From the NCBI GenBank assembly GCA_030704615.1, contig CM060732.1, positions 15,128,001 to 15,192,000 on the forward strand: 64,000 nt of DNA, given 5' to 3'. Shown piece after piece: positions 27,589 through 41,653 of this stretch (positions within the stretch are counted from its first letter, which is position 1; each line of letters begins with the position of its first letter). Below the pieces are notes generated by a model. That model saw only the letters and a list, made by a program, of their open reading frames with translations. It was not told the origin of the DNA and made no database searches. The position numbers were made by a program, and so were the translations under genes. The DNA is from Takakia lepidozioides (Eukaryota; Plantae; Bryophyta).

Positions 27589-28227
27589 TGGGGACATCAA
27601 CCTTGGATCGTGGGGGAGGAAATGCATGCTTAGCCCGGCTTAGCTAGCTCAGGAATCCGATTACAAAAACATGTATTGTACAAATTTTGTTATAAATGAA
27701 ATGGTTTCCAAATGTTGTGCGTCCTATTTTGTTTGGAATGGAGATGCATGGTATGGTTGGCTAGTGTGTAGAATGCATGCTAAGCTGACAAAATGAGAGA
27801 GGTAAATTGGATTAATCGTGTATTTGTGTAGTGCCGAAATCGGGTGACTCCCACCCAAGGAGCAAGGAAACTTGCACCTTCGTTGGGAGTTCAAGTGCTA
27901 GTGCGCACCTGACACGTGCACGTACTATAACTGCGCTACCGAGGAGGTTGCCTTGTAGTGCGGGCTAACGCGGAAGCTACGTGCTTCCGTTCACTAAACT
28001 TATCGTGTAGCCTCGGGACGAAGTCGTAGTGCGGCTTCGGCGTGTTCCCGTACCGCAGGCCAGCATTCCAAGGCGGACCCAATTGTAGTGATTGGGGCGC
28101 ACGGTTGGTTCAAGGTTATCTTCCTAGTCAAAAAGGGTTCAAGGCGAACCCTTGCTCAAAGTGATGCCAAAAGCGACATCACAAGCGGTCGCAAGCAAAT
28201 GTTATTGCAGTAAGGCGATTCGATGTG

Positions 28228-28953
28228 TGTTGCGGCCCTTTGCCTTGAGGGCAGGGGGTCGGGACACGAGAGGGGTTGCCCCTGTGGTGGGGGTAGTGGC
28301 AACAATGGATGCGGGGGCTGAAGCACCCTTGAGTGCCCAAGGCACTCAAGGAGGCGGAGGCGCTCACTAGGTGGAGCCCCGCACACCGGATTGTGGTGGG
28401 GGTGGTTCCACGAGGGGTGGTGTTAGCTTAGTGGGACTTAGTGGGGGTGGCATAGGACTCACCATGGGGGCGGAGACCTTGTGGTGGGACTCGTGGGGAG
28501 TCTTGGGACTCATCATGGTCCAATGGGACCGTGGTGGGTGGGCCAAGACTCACCGCGACTCATCACCGGGAATCGAGGGTTTTCGTGGTGGTTCGCCATA
28601 AAATGGCATGGTTGTTTGTGAAACCCCCGCAGACAGTCACAAAAGTATATATAGGGAGTAGTAACCCCGAGAACGGTGCAAGCCCGTTGGTGACCAAAAA
28701 CTAGTGAGTAAGCGTGCGAGCCGGAAAGCGATCAAGGTGTGGGGAGCTATTCCGGACTGCCATCGACCAAAGGGAATTTCCACTAGGCCCAAATTGGGAG
28801 AGGGTCTTGTGGAGGAGTAAAGGGGGACCATTATATTCTGGTGAGCAGCCGAAGCTCCGAGTTGGCCCGGCGGCCAGTTAGGGAGTTAGGCGCGCGCATC
28901 AAAGCGAGTAACTATGACTTGAAGGAGAGCTTACCGAAGTGAGGTGCGCGACA
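28228..28953 (+). repeat. 3' LTR
   Basis: Direct repeat of 22520-23244 ending CGCGACA. Confidence 0.93.
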
Positions 28954-29199
28954 TTGTGAGGGCAGTGTTTCTCCCCTGACTTCTATATACAATATACTTT
29001 TTATATCACATAAACCTATGAACCCATTTCTCTTCAACATGTCACTTAAATCCTCTCACTATTTGGCAACAACAGAAACAGAAACTAAAGTATGCTGAGT
29101 GAGGGGTACAACTGAGACCACATGTACCTATAGGATACCCTCTCCAAGAAGCTCATGTGCATCAAATGCAAGAACTTGTCCACAACCACTCAGATTAGT

Positions 29200-31700
29200 T
29201 TAATGTAGTGCATACTTATTGAAATTAGAACTATCTAGCAATTACTTTCTAAGCTATTAATTGGTTGTATCCTGAAAGGACATAACACTTGAGTGACCAA
29301 TCAGATTACATCTAGTACTGACTCTTGGAGTCGAACAGGTAAGAGCTCGGGGGAGAAGGACCAGAGTATTATTCTGGTGTCTTCGTGGTTGGGAGGAGAG
29401 CTCCTAATTATAAAAGCACTTTGTATTCTATAGTGTCTAATTCCTATAACATGGTAGCATGATTAGCATCATGGTATCAGAGCTTTGCAAAAAGCTTCTA
29501 TACAAAATAGGATAGAGAGTCAAAGAAAAAACTATATGAAGGATTAAAAAGTCTAAGAAAAAATCTGCTAAGTATGACTTCCACTTCAATGGATGCTCGT
29601 CTCATCGATAAATTCGATGGAGATAACTTCCATATGTGGAAGATCAAAACTAAGATGCTCTTGAGAAGGGAAAAGCTCTAGACCGTCGTGGATGGATCAG
29701 AACTTAGGCCAACTCAAAGATCACCTATACTCCTTCCTACAACTGGTGCAGGGAGTATAGTAGATTGGGATGACAGGGATCTGAAAGCATTATCCACGAT
29801 AATGTTTTATTTAAAAGATTCCCAAATACTTCATATAGGTAATGCTACAACATCAAAAGTGGGTTAGGATCAGTTAGTGGCGATCTTTGAAACAAAAGAT
29901 GCAACCACTAAAATGTACTTAAAACGTCAGTTTCAATATTTGAAAATGACAGAAAGTGATAGCATAGCTAATCACATTAGTGCATTTAGTAATATGGTCG
30001 ATCAACTTGCTGGTGTAGGAATAACAATCAATGAGGCAGAAAAGATATTAACATTACTTAATAGTCTTCCTCCCTCATACGAAGTATTCATTGTAGCTAA
30101 CGGAAATCAGCCCGGTCTCACGTTTCACCAATTAATGGGATATTTGTTGAGCGAGGAATTAAGGAGAAAGACCGTAGGGATTTCATCAATAGAGACAGCT
30201 TTGTACACTGGAAAAAAGCCTTTTCCCAAAAAGAAATTTAGTTCTGGAGGAAAAAATAATAATCCAGGTGTTGAAGTAGGCTCTAGTTCAGGTGGCTCAT
30301 ATGGTGGTCCTCAACCAACCTAAAAGAGACATGGTAAATGTTTTTATTGTAAAAAACCCGGACATTTTGCGAAAGAATGTAGGATTCGCATGGCTAATGA
30401 AAAGGATGGAGATCAGAAAAAGCTACAAGCTAATAATATCTCATCTGTGAATAAGCTGTTCATGGTAGCCTACACTTCTCTAACCTCAGAAATCAACATA
30501 TGGTATGTTGATTCCGGGACAACGCAACATATGTCACCAGACAAAAATTGTTTTGTAACTTATGAAGATTACATTCCATCACAAAAAGTATTTCTGGGAG
30601 ATGATTCAAGTCTTCAAATAAAAGGTAGAGGAACGGTGGCAATTAAACATCAAAATGGAGAAGTAAAGCACATCGAGGATGTGCTTCATGTTCCCAGGTT
30701 GAAGAGAAACCTTGTGTCAGTAAGTAAAACTACTAGTGCTGGATACAAGTGGGAATTTGATGCAAATTCCTTTCAACTTAAGGATAAAAATGGAGAGAAA
30801 ATAATTGCCACAGGAGGAAGGAATGACAATTTATATGTACTGGGTACTTCTCTTACAACACCAAGTCATCATGTAAGTATGTCATCTATTTCAACTGATA
30901 AAGTGAATGAAGGTGATGTATGGCACCATAGGCTTGGGCATCTAAGCCTTCAAAAGATGAAGTTGATGCAAAAGGAGAATCTGGTTGAGGGTATGACCAC
31001 GCAATCAATCATAGATTTACATTTCTGTCAGAGTTGTATGCATGGGAAACAACACCGAAACCAATTTCCTACAAGTGGAGGAAAACGTGCATATGAGGTA
31101 TTAGAATTGGTACACTCAGATGCATGCGGCCCTATGCAAACAAATTCTCTTGGAGGGTCCAGATATTTTGTCACGTTCATAGACGATTATAGCCGAAGGG
31201 CGTCAATATATTTGCTTAAACTCAAAAGTGAAGTTTTTGAAATGTTTAAGAAATACAAAGCCATGGCCGAAAATCAAATCAGGAAAGAGGTTGAAAACCC
31301 TAAGAACTGACAATGAGACTGAATATGCCTCAAAAGCTTTTAACTCATTTTGTTCTGAATGTGGGATTGCTAGACAAATGTCAGCCCCATATACTCCACA
31401 ACAAAATGGGGTAGCAGAACGGAAAAATAGAACCCTAGTCGAATGTGCTAGAAGTATGCTTCTAGCTGCAGGTCTTGATAATACCTTCTGGGAAGAGGCA
31501 ATAAATACAGCAGCCTATATACAAAATAGAACTCCAACAGTTGCCGTAGATGGGAAAACTCCAGAAGAAGCATGGTCAGGGATCAAACCATCAATAACAC
31601 ATCTCAGAATATTTGGTAGTGAAGCCTTTGTTCACATTCCAAAAGAAAAGAGGAAGAAACTTGATTCAAAGAGTAAGAAGTGCATTCTTCTTGGAAAACA
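29200..31700 (+). mobile_element. Ty1/Copia element, 3'-truncated (gag, protease, GAG-pre-integrase, integrase)
   Basis: PBS TGGTATCAGAGC at 29472. KFDGDNFHMWK, CFYCKKPGHFAKEC, WYVDSGTTQHM, WHHRLGH, TPQQNGVAERKNRT. Stops and frameshifts; no RT. LTR left edge approximate. Confidence 0.88.
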
Positions 31701-33237
31701 CTTATTTATATCCTGTGACATGTGAACGTATTTTTTCCCTTTTTAAGGATGAGGAAAAGTGAAAAAACATTTCCTCTTGGCACAATTTCTCTTAAGTGTT
31801 AATTTAGGTGTCTTAATGAGGAAATGGGGCCTATTTTCCTTCAAGGAAACACTCCCAATCCTCCTTGTGCAACTGTTGAGTTTCTGCATGAAATTGGCAC
31901 CCGCGCAGGAATCGAGCAGTCACGGACTGCAAGATTCTTCCCCGTCTCACCCAATTCCTAGTCATATAGTGTGTTATACCACGATCAGAGACCAGATCCA
32001 ACCCATGATAGAATGTTGTACGCCAGCTGTGAATGTCCATAATGCAGTCTGGCGATATCCACGCCCATGCCATGAAACAGCCACTTGAGTACGTGTGGGT
32101 CTTCGTGCAAAATCGTTGGAGGCAAACCAAGGTTTGGCAAGAGTTTTCTACTCATTCGTAATCCATTTCAGGTGTGTTTTCCTGTGTAATCTAGTTAGGA
32201 ACCCCTGGACAGAATTTGCAACGTGAGAGTGACAGGCAGGAGCATGACTGAAATGGATTACGTACATGGACGAGGAATACTTGCAGCTGTGGCCTCTCTA
32301 GGATTTCATGCCGATCATTTGAAGAGTTCCGGGGATAGAATGTCAATGAGAAATAGCTATTAGGCTACTTTTGCATTCCATCGGTAGAGCTGCGGGAGTC
32401 ACTTGCATAAAGCGGAAACTAGGAAACGGAGACACTTCTGTCAAGCCCGTGTAATCACTGCAAAATTAACACAATCCAAAAGCCTGGTAGCATCCCCTGC
32501 TATGGTAGTTAAGTGCTGCCATGGCACTGGCATTTGTCAGCTATGTCTCTACAACTCATGGCATTGGCCCTCAAATACACTTTGAACGAAACAGGAAAGT
32601 TTGGGGGAATGCAAGGGTAATATTAGGTTTGAAGCCTGCACCATTTTCATGGCTGGAAGAAACCCATTTGACTCTTTGATATGTCCAGAACTCAAGCCTT
32701 ATAAGGACAGAAACCATGTCAAACAAGCATCACACTAGACTCAAGGGAGTGCAAGGGTCAGGTAAGTCCCATGTTGTCTGGAGACATACTTTACAGTTAT
32801 GATAGGTCATTCTACAAGGGGAGACTGAAGATAATGTTTGTAGACTGTGTTACTTTACTAGAAAACACATTGCACACTTTGGGAAGGTGAGAAAGAGAAG
32901 CTTGAGACACACAAGCAAAGTGCTGTAGGATAGGAGGCTCCCCACGAATTCTGCAAGTAGGTGAGTAGGAATGAGAGATATCTCTCAGCCTCTACACCTG
33001 CATTCTTTTCTTTTTATTCATATCAGCCCTCCATAGCACACTGATGCTGAAGGTGATGTCTTAAATCCTATTGGGCACTACTTGCACAGCAATTGTTATA
33101 TGGAGATTTGCCAGAAACCTGTCTGTCTCTGTCTCTGTCTTTCTCTTTCTGCAAATCTGTCAAGGAAAAGTAGCAGCTCAATGCATGTGGAAAGGCCTTT
33201 GTAGCCGAAATTGTCGGAAGAGACAGAAAGGAGAAAA

Positions 33238-35074
33238 TCAAGAACCAGGCGGGGCAGACCATCGCATGAAGGTGCAGGCCATAAATGTGCTCCCTGCCAT
33301 GATCGCAAGCCTTGCCTTGGCCAGGCCTGACCGCAATGGTGGTACAGGTGCAATATCTCGCATTATGTTGGTTGCTTGGACTGGCGGCATCACCTGCACA
33401 GCAGCTTTATCGTGGACTAGTAAGATTTGACTGATTGGTCACATAATTATTAGTTGTTTGTGGGTTCAATCAAAATGACAATGCCTGGGCCCTTCTGGAA
33501 TGCCCTTCTGCCCACAGCCACTTACAGCACAGAACCATGATAACAGAAGACTTGGTAATCAATGAAAAATTGAAAGCAAGGAATGCCACAACATCCAAAA
33601 TTGCCACAATATAATAACTAGTAAATGAACCCCCAGCTATAGGAGGAAACAAGGTTCACAACAACATATTCAGATCTTAGCACTTGGTACACCCTGATGT
33701 TTGAAGTGGCTTCAAAGATCCTTCAGCAAATCAACACCTCACCTGCACATCTGGTGTAACTGCCAGCAGGGCCGAGTCAAGTGTGACGACAAGAGATGCT
33801 CGGTTTGTTTGCAGCCATGCTAGACTCACTGGAGTGACCCCTCTACATTTCTTGACTTTGATCTTCAGAAGACTGGGGCATCCCCCCACCAGTTCCTCCA
33901 TACCCTTGTCAGAGATTGGACACGCCTTGATGCACAGCTTCTTCAAAGCCAGGCACCTCTGTGCAACGTAAGAGAGCTCCAAATCCCCAAAAGTCTCACT
34001 GGAGCAGATTGCTAGTCTCTCAAGGCTGAAGCAGTTGGAGGCTAATAGGCTTAGGCTGGACAGAGTCACATTGAGACCAACTAAGACCAGTTCCTCAAGA
34101 TCTTGACATTTTCTGGCCACCATGGCAAGTCCTTCATCCCCCACAAGGCTATTCTTCCAACCATCTAAATGAAGCTTCCGGAGCTGCCTACACCCAACTG
34201 CAACTGCCGTGAGCCCATAGTTTGTGCATTCCGGGGCCTTCACCACATAAAGAACTTCAAGGTTTTTGCACCTGGAAATTGCTAGCAGCCCTTGATCACT
34301 TAGGTCCAATTTCTCCATATGGAGCTCAACCAGGCTAGTTACATTGTCCGTAATAATTTGAAGGAGTTTGTCCCAGTTGCCAGTGTTTCTGGCGAGCGTC
34401 AGAGTGTGTACGTTCTTTGAACCAGAGATGAGCGGCCCAAATAGGTGTGCATTGTGAAGCTCCTTCAGACATAGCCTCCTAATATTTCCACGCCCTGGGT
34501 GGATGAGCTCTGACGGTCCATCATAAAGACCCCTGAGCCTCTTCACGGTGAGATCTTCTAAATTGGCACAGTGCAGCAAGATCGAGTTTAGCCCTCTGGC
34601 ACCGAATCCACATGATCCACAAGAGAGTTTCTTCAGGGGACCACAAATCTTTGCAAATCGATCAATTCCCTCATCCGTCAGCCCCTTGCAAGCCTTCAAC
34701 TTGAGCTTCCTCAACTGCCGGAAGTGGCCACCTACCATACAGAGAGCATCATCATTGATGCTCATGACCTTCCGATCACATTTCAAAGCAAGTTTTGTGA
34801 TGTATTGAAACCGTAGTAGCATTGATGGGAGGGCTGTAACAAGTTCTAATTTAGCTTGAAGGGAGAGTCGCTGCCGGGCTTGCCCCTCAACTTTGTGCCA
34901 CCGTTTGCAAACCAAGGAGCACCGATTGCGATCAGATGTGCCGAGCTGCTCGAAGACAGCGGCCAGACACTCATCGGGTACACTCATGGTCAAATCATCC
35001 TTCAACCACTCTTCCTCTTTTTGCCCATCCTCGAATGTCGGGGCACATGCTACAGCTGAAGTTCCCTGGCCCAT
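33238..35074 (-). CDS. F-box/LRR protein of the VFB/SKIP2 family (two exons, ~495 aa)
   Basis: MGQGTS start. F-box DLTMSVPDECLAAVF...CSLVCKRW. ITKLALKCDRK, LKKLSCGSCGFG, LKKLCIKACPISD. Exon 1 35074-33743, phase-0 GT-AG intron, exon 2 33393-33238 (RSGLAKARLAIMAG...RWSAPPGS*). Confidence 0.92.
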
Positions 35075-36789
35075 ACAGTGGACAAACTTTAGGGGCCCGT
35101 CTCTCCAGCTCTCTCTCTCCTCCAAATCGAAATTCTGAAAAGTAGGTTAAGCCGAACACGTCTGAAGCCGAATGAATCCCTTCTCGTTTGTCGAGGATGA
35201 TTTTTACAGACGTTGTTCCTGCAATTCCAGAGGGTGCTTTGGCTGTTGAACGATCTTGGTAGAGATTCTGGAAGGAACGTACGAGCATTAGGACGGATAA
35301 GAAAATTCCATCCAAACGAAAAGAGGTTGTTTACTTTTGAAGACACCTGCCTCCCTGGAACAGGAGAAGGAAGCTCACTCCAAGTACCAGGTCAAAAGAG
35401 TCTCAGGGACGCATCAAAGCTCATTCTATCTCCGTTTCCGGCAGCTCCTCGTACATTTCAGGCACCATTGAAACTGTAGAAGACCGGCTAAAAAGAGAGA
35501 ACCTACGAAATGGAAGGAATCCCATAACAGACACTCTTCACAACGAACAAGGAGGAGCATCCATCCGTCTATCTTCCATGAGAAGACACCTTCCCCATAG
35601 CAAAATGCACAGAAGACCCACGAAATGGAAGGAATCCGCTAACATAAACTCTTCACAACACAAGCTCTTCTAGTGTGTGTCAGGTGCTACGCTTCCTTCT
35701 TCCCCCATTCCCACTCTTTCTTCTCCTAGAAACAAACGAACTGACACCAATGGGACAATGCAGCAGAGACGCTATTGAAGGCTTCCCAGAAGCAGACAAA
35801 CTGACACCAAACTTCAAAGGCACTATGCAGCAGAGATTGAAGTGAAGGCTACCTACAGACGTGCACAAAGACATGCGACACAGATCTCCAGACTCTCAGA
35901 CTGCTCCACGAATCCTCGAACTCCATCTCTCTCTCTTTCTCCGCATCAATCCCCACTGATTCTGCACAGCCCCCGAAGTTTGACAATGATTTCCCGGTCA
36001 CCCAGCGAATTGCCGGGTCCAGAAAAGGAAAGCTGGAAATTTAATGTATTGCAATTTAAGGTTTTTCTAAAGTCGGATATTAGACGACCACATGTCATCA
36101 CGACCGACCGTTCGGTGCCGCGGTACTACGTTTTCTCATCCACTTGCGCTGGTCGTTGTCCGTGGATGACACAACAACGTCTGCAGCGTGGACGGACGTG
36201 GACGGATGAGGCACCGTCCTCCGTCCACGAATCTACCCACCTCTGACGGACGGCGACTGCCCACCTGTAACGGACGTCCGGCGTCGACTGTGAGGAAATG
36301 GACGGCACTAAAGTCAGAGAAAGGACGGCTCAACTGTACGGCAAGGCGGGCCAACTGGTTTTGATGGCCAGTTTGGAAGCCGTCCTGCGCTTGTCGACGA
36401 GGCAGCTTCTTCTCCACACTCACACCTCCCGTGCTCCCATCCATACCTATCCACAGTTTTGAGTGTGTGAGAGATGGCGAGCAGGCATCCCCAGGCTATA
36501 CCTTCCTTGCCCTTGAGTGACAGAGATAGCAATACCAAAAAATGAAGAATTATTTAGCACAAAGCATCCAACAGATTGGCCCACTAGTGGTGGTTAGGGC
36601 ACAAGCCCTTACAAGTGGTCGTGTTGTCAAAGCCACATTTGGTTTTTCCTCTTCGGGACAGTTACACCCATTTGTACAGTCACCCCACTTGGGTCTTTTT
36701 ATAAAGCTATGCAGGTTTCGTGAATATGTTGGATGTCACCAATTATAGCTACCCCTATAAAAAGGGGTCCTTGGTCACCGACAACTTAA

Positions 36790-37891
36790 CCCATAAGCGC
36801 CGGGAGCCAAATTGGAAAACAGCCCAAAAATGGGACCCACTTGTCATGAATAACCCCGTGTTTGCCAGCCGGGGTTCATCCAGGGAATTGAACCGTACTA
36901 ACTGGTTCTTACCTACTCCACGCAGCTACTAACCAAATTTCAGAAGAAATGACCGTCAATTTAGGGAGATTATAACGAACTACCATGATGGATTTATCAA
37001 GTCCATGGACAGAAAAAATCACTTTGACCAAGGAAATTTACCATCACAATTTTTTTTGCTCATTTCCTTGATGGGTTAGAGGTCTCCTCCTGAAATTGGA
37101 GGACCAAATTCCAAAAAAATCTACTAGCTGGTTTGTATGAGCAATTAGGGGGTGCACTTGGCACCGACAGAGAAAATGTTGCATACATCCTGCACATTGT
37201 AACCAAATTCACTTTCCTCTGGTGCAATCCTGGTGAACAGGAATGTGAAATTGATTTTAGAAAAATCCAAAAGCACAAGTGTAGATGGGTGCACACCAGT
37301 GTTGGGCGGTTATTTGATTTTATTTCATAACCGGCGGTTCCGGTTGTTTCGAATTTTAGGAAACTATTAACCGCGGTTGCGGTTATTAAATTTTTTATGG
37401 CTAAATATAACCTCAGCGGTTACGGTTACTTGCAAAAACCTCAAATAACCGGCAGTTTTCATCAAATAACCGCGGGTATTGGGCGGTTCTTTAAGAGGTT
37501 TTTTGCTCGGTTATTTTGAATGCGTGACCTCCGCCGGTTCCTAACTGGACCGGTTACTTCATTTTTTCACCTCCGCCGGTCATATATATATATATAACCG
37601 GATAGGTAACCGCCGGGTGTTAGAGAGAAATTCAAATAACCGCCCAACACTGGTGCACACAGTTACTGCCACGTGGCAGGTCAACGGGCCCTGGCCATGG
37701 ATTCGAGGGCTTAAAAAAATCGTGGCGGACTGAGATTTTGTCCGATGGGGGCGCATTAAATTCCCTCGTGCGCAGCTCCACGCCGCGCTCACTTTTCCTT
37801 CGGCAACTTTTTTCATCCAAGTACATCCACGGAAGCTATCCGTGGATGAAAACGGCTGCGACCCGATTCAGGTCGCGCCGACCTTTAGGGG
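36790..37891. mobile_element. Possible non-autonomous piggyBac-like element
   Basis: TTAA at 36786-36789 and 37892-37895 flanking CCC...GGG ends; imperfect inverted repeat (10/14). Confidence 0.4.
37297..37652. mobile_element. hAT-type MITE
   Basis: TIR CAGTGTTGGGCGGTTATTTGA / TCAAATAACCGCCCAACACTG. Perfect 8-bp TSD GTGCACAC (37289-37296, 37653-37660). Internal CGGTT/AACCG motifs. Confidence 0.9.
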
Positions 37892-38029
37892 TTAATGTGG
37901 GAGCATTGGAGGACTTTCGAGTTTTGGGGGAGGTTTGGTTGCTTTGGTCCACTATAAGGTGTCCAGCGTCCAACTTCCAAGTCCTTATTGTCCTCCTTTA
38001 AAAAAAAAGAAAAAAAAGAATAGTCCATT

Positions 38030-38720
38030 TATTTCAAAATTACGGGGAAAAAAATAAAACCCTTTTTTGCACCATGAGGGCTACACACTGTGGTTAGTGA
38101 AGGGTGATCCAAAACTTGCTGCTAAAGTGCAGCATTGTGCGTAGAGAGAGAAGACCTCTAAAGACAACCTAGCTTTATCTGAGAGACTTCCAAAAAACGT
38201 CGTAGCCTACAGCTAAGATTACTGAGGAGCTAATCTACAGCTTTTGCTTTAACGAAAATTTAGCCTTGAAGTTGTGGCGGGGTGCTTGACGTGTTTCCAG
38301 TTCATGTCTCTCTCAAATTCCGGCAAGGCCGTGGAGTGGAGCTCTGAGGTCTCTCCAACGTTGAGGGGGGAGAGCGTTCCAAACACAATGTTCATGCTCG
38401 TCGCTTTGACAAATGATGCCATGGCAAGCCCACGTCGCTCTGAATGTGGCATGGATTGCGGGCGCTTGCTTGGGGTTCTTGTGACAATCTGTAACAAATT
38501 TTGCCCAAGCTTTTTTTTATTCCGTTATAAGATCTTTATACACCATTGCCAACAAAGCGGAGGTATTGATCGTCTCCTTACAGAAGGTCTTTTTACATCT
38601 AGCACGCCACAAGTGCCACAAAGTAGATGCATGGAGTGTCGCGAAGACCGGACATGGAATGGATCGGGCCCTCGCTGTTTTGTTGTAATTAAGTAACAGG
38701 TCCAGTGGGCCAATGGCAGA
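38030..38720 (-). mobile_element. L1-type LINE 3' fragment
   Basis: TLWHLWRARCKKTF is homologous to SMWHLWRARCKLTF at ~43200. 3' UTR similar to 42600-42660. Confidence 0.7.
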
Positions 38721-39339
38721 AAGGCTCCAGTGCCTGTAGAAGACCTTGATTTTTTTGTTTTGAAACAAGGGACAAAGGCCCTGCAAATAGATTAAAAAAG
38801 AATAGGTTACAGAATCTGGAGATGCAGAATTTGGAGAAGCAAAATAGGGGATCGAGGGAAGAGGGAAGTGCGCCGTGCTCAGCTGCAACCCTCAATTCAG
38901 TCCCCAGATCTAACTGGCCGCAGAGAACTGGCCGAGCATTCCATCACCTTCATACGACCGGAGGAAACTATCGAATCGCCACCAATCAACATATGAATCG
39001 AGACGTTTGTTTTGTTTTGTTTGTTTGTTTGTAACGTCGTTGAGACCTCCCAAACCGCGAGACCCTGGCGCTGGTGCTTGGTAGCGTTGGAAAGCCCTCG
39101 ATAAGGAGGGGTGCACCGGCTTGGTCTCATGATTTTTGGACCCGCGGTGTGGGAGATATGGAATTTCAAGTACTTTTGGTCTCTGAAAATTCGGGAAAAT
39201 AACAAAGTGGGCTTTCCTGGAGCAATGATTGGCCCTTCACGGGGGAGATTTGGAATTTCAAGTACTTTTGGTCGTTGGAAATTCGCAAAAAAAATAGCAA
39301 AGTGGATATATCAATATATGAAGCCTCGATAGGGGAGAT

Positions 39340-39960
39340 TGCAAAAATAGCAAAGTGGGCTTTGGGATTGCACTTGGACTTAGGTGACATTGGACACTGG
39401 AGGTCACGCTTGGGCCTCTATCTAGGAGATGCACATGGATACATAGGAGATTGCACTTGGGCTTGGATTGCAATTCTTCACACATGGGCCAATGGCACAG
39501 GCTACCCTAAATGTCCCAAACAGGGGGTCAGTGGATGCATAGGGGATTGCACTTGGACTTAGATATCATTGGACACTTGGGCCAACGACCGACCGACTTG
39601 GTTTCACAAAATTTGGACCTACGGGCCGAGAATTATAGAAATATGAACAATTTTGGTCGTTGAAAATTCAACTAGATTACAAAATTGAGTGTTGGAATGA
39701 CACTGTAGGTCGCACTTGGGCCTCTACATGGGAGAAGCACTTGGATACATAGGAGATTGCACTTGGGCTTAGATGGGCCTTAATATAGGAGACACACTTG
39801 GATACGTAGGAAACATCACTTGGTCTTAGATCAATTCTTCACACTTGGGCCAACGGCACAAGCTACCCTAGAGGTCGCACTTGGGCCTCGATGTGGGAGA
39901 TGCACAGCCTGGGGTGCTTAGATGACACTGGACACTTGGGCCAACAGCACAGGGTACCCT
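39340..39960. repeat. Degenerate tandem repeat (GGAGATTGCACTTGGGC-type units)
   Basis: Recurring GCACTTGGGC/GGACACTTGGGCCAA and GAGGTCGCACTTGGGCCTC blocks. Confidence 0.6.
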
Positions 39961-40234
39961 AGTAATAAGTATGGACCACCATGTTTGCTCACCCCTCTTC
40001 TTCTTTTCACCTAATTGGCTAGATCTCAAGGCTTCCCCTATGGATAATAGGTAATGAAGCCCTTCTAAGCACTTCTCCTGCTTTTTTTTTCCCCTCTCAA
40101 CGGCTCTTTTCTGGAATCTAGCCAAATAAGGTTTGTCTTGGATGAATGTTGAGAGAAATCGTTTCGTTAAAAGAGGTAAGATTTAGGATAATATCATGTG
40201 GCAAAGAGGATCCATGAAGGTAACTCTATGGATA

Positions 40235-41653
40235 GGGGAATGTTAGTCCGTGAGCCGCTCACGTGAGCGAAAATTTCCGTGAGCAGAATTCTGCTCACGG
40301 TTCAGGATAACGTCGACCGTATGGGGCCTACAACCGCGGACGGCAATGCCTGATAAGGCCTATTACCGTGGACTGGAGTTGTGGAAATGCGAGCAGTAGT
40401 CCCTAATTTTTTGGAACTCAAATAGTTGCGATGTGAGGTGGTTACAGTGAGGTGGTTAAGTTTGTGGTTGGCACACGGAAATTCGAGAAAGGAAAACTGA
40501 GCCCCAGCTAGGAATCTTCCTTGTTCGTGCAGGGATACAGGCAGGGAATTCAACACAAGCTTAATCCCAGCCCCTGTTGGCACATGGGAATTCCAACCAA
40601 AAAAAAAAAAAAAACTGAGTTAAGCTTGCGTAATCCCAATCTTTGTTGGCACATGGGAATTCAAAAAGAAAACCAGTTTAACACCAAACCAAAAAAACCA
40701 AAAAACAAAAAAACAAAAAAAAAAAAAAAAACTGAGCTAAGGTTGAGCACCAAGAAAAGTTTCAATAGGATCTACTGGTGAAAACCGAATTTCAAATAAG
40801 TCGAGTAGCATCAAACATTTTTGGCATCCTTGACCTAATATGCTTCAATGGCCCAATGAGGGGGGCCCACATTTCAAGTCAACTCCCCTCCACCCAATAA
40901 TTTTCTGACCCTCCCTTGAGAAAAATTTAGAGGTCGCATGCCTGCTCCAAATGGCATGCAATAAACTGGAGTAGGTGGACCACCTCACGCGCTATAAATG
41001 CTCAGAAGGAATGAATATAAAAAATGTTCATCTGCAAAAATTAAGATGGCGCACTCAAATTGCGCAACCTAAAACGAGTCGCGTAGGAAGTTAATGTATG
41101 CTCACCCAGTCTATGAATCCATTCATGTACCGTTTTCAAGGTAGTGGGATAATATACTTCATGTCCCACAGTCCTTACATGTGTTCTGTTTCATGTCTAC
41201 ATATCTGAGTTATAAGTTTGGGTTTTGAGGAAACATTCCTTCCAAGTCCATCATATGTCTTCTGAGAATTATGCTTGTTTTGTAGATTATAATGTTTTGG
41301 CCACTTGTAAGTTTTGCGTTTATGTGGTCTGAATTATGCTTGCATTAAAGCATTCCAAATTCTGACCACTTCCAAGTTTTGCATTGGCTTGCTCTGAATT
41401 ATGCTTGCTTTAAAACAAGCATAATTCCGGGCACGGGCACTTCCCAGTTTTGCAGCATTTGTTTGCTCTTCTGCAAGCATTTCACTTCACTTTGCATCCA
41501 CGGTAATAGGGCCAATGTTCTCCCATGGTTATAGGCTTTGCTTCTCCTTTCTGCTCACGATTTAAATCTGCTCACGCTTAATTAAATCTGCTCTCGCTTT
41601 GTGTGCAAAGCGTGAGCTTGCTCACGTGAGCGGCTCACAGCGTAGCTTCTCTC
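40235..41653. mobile_element. Non-autonomous element of the same GTGAGC-terminus MULE clade
   Basis: Ends GGGGAATGTTAGTCC-GTGAGCCGCTCACGTGAGC and (rc) GAGAGAAGCTACGCT-GTGAGCCGCTCACGTGAGC. Flanks CTATGGATA/GGATGGATA (7/9). Inverted CCTATTACCGTGG boxes at ~40359 and ~41498. Confidence 0.75.

Larger units (their letters stand above)
22520..28953 (+). mobile_element. Ty3/Gypsy chromovirus LTR retrotransposon (both LTRs, degenerate gag-pol)
   Basis: LTRs 22520-23244 and 28228-28953. tRNA-iMet PBS TGGTATCAGAGC at 23247. Flanks TTGGG/TTGTG (4/5 TSD match). Gag, CCHC, protease LVDTGA, RT YIDD, RNase H, integrase and chromodomain. Confidence 0.95.

Noticed and set aside
35075-35125. ORF-track start of the F-box gene at 35125
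   Set aside because: Non-ATG start; the family-typical MGQxxS ATG is at 35074.
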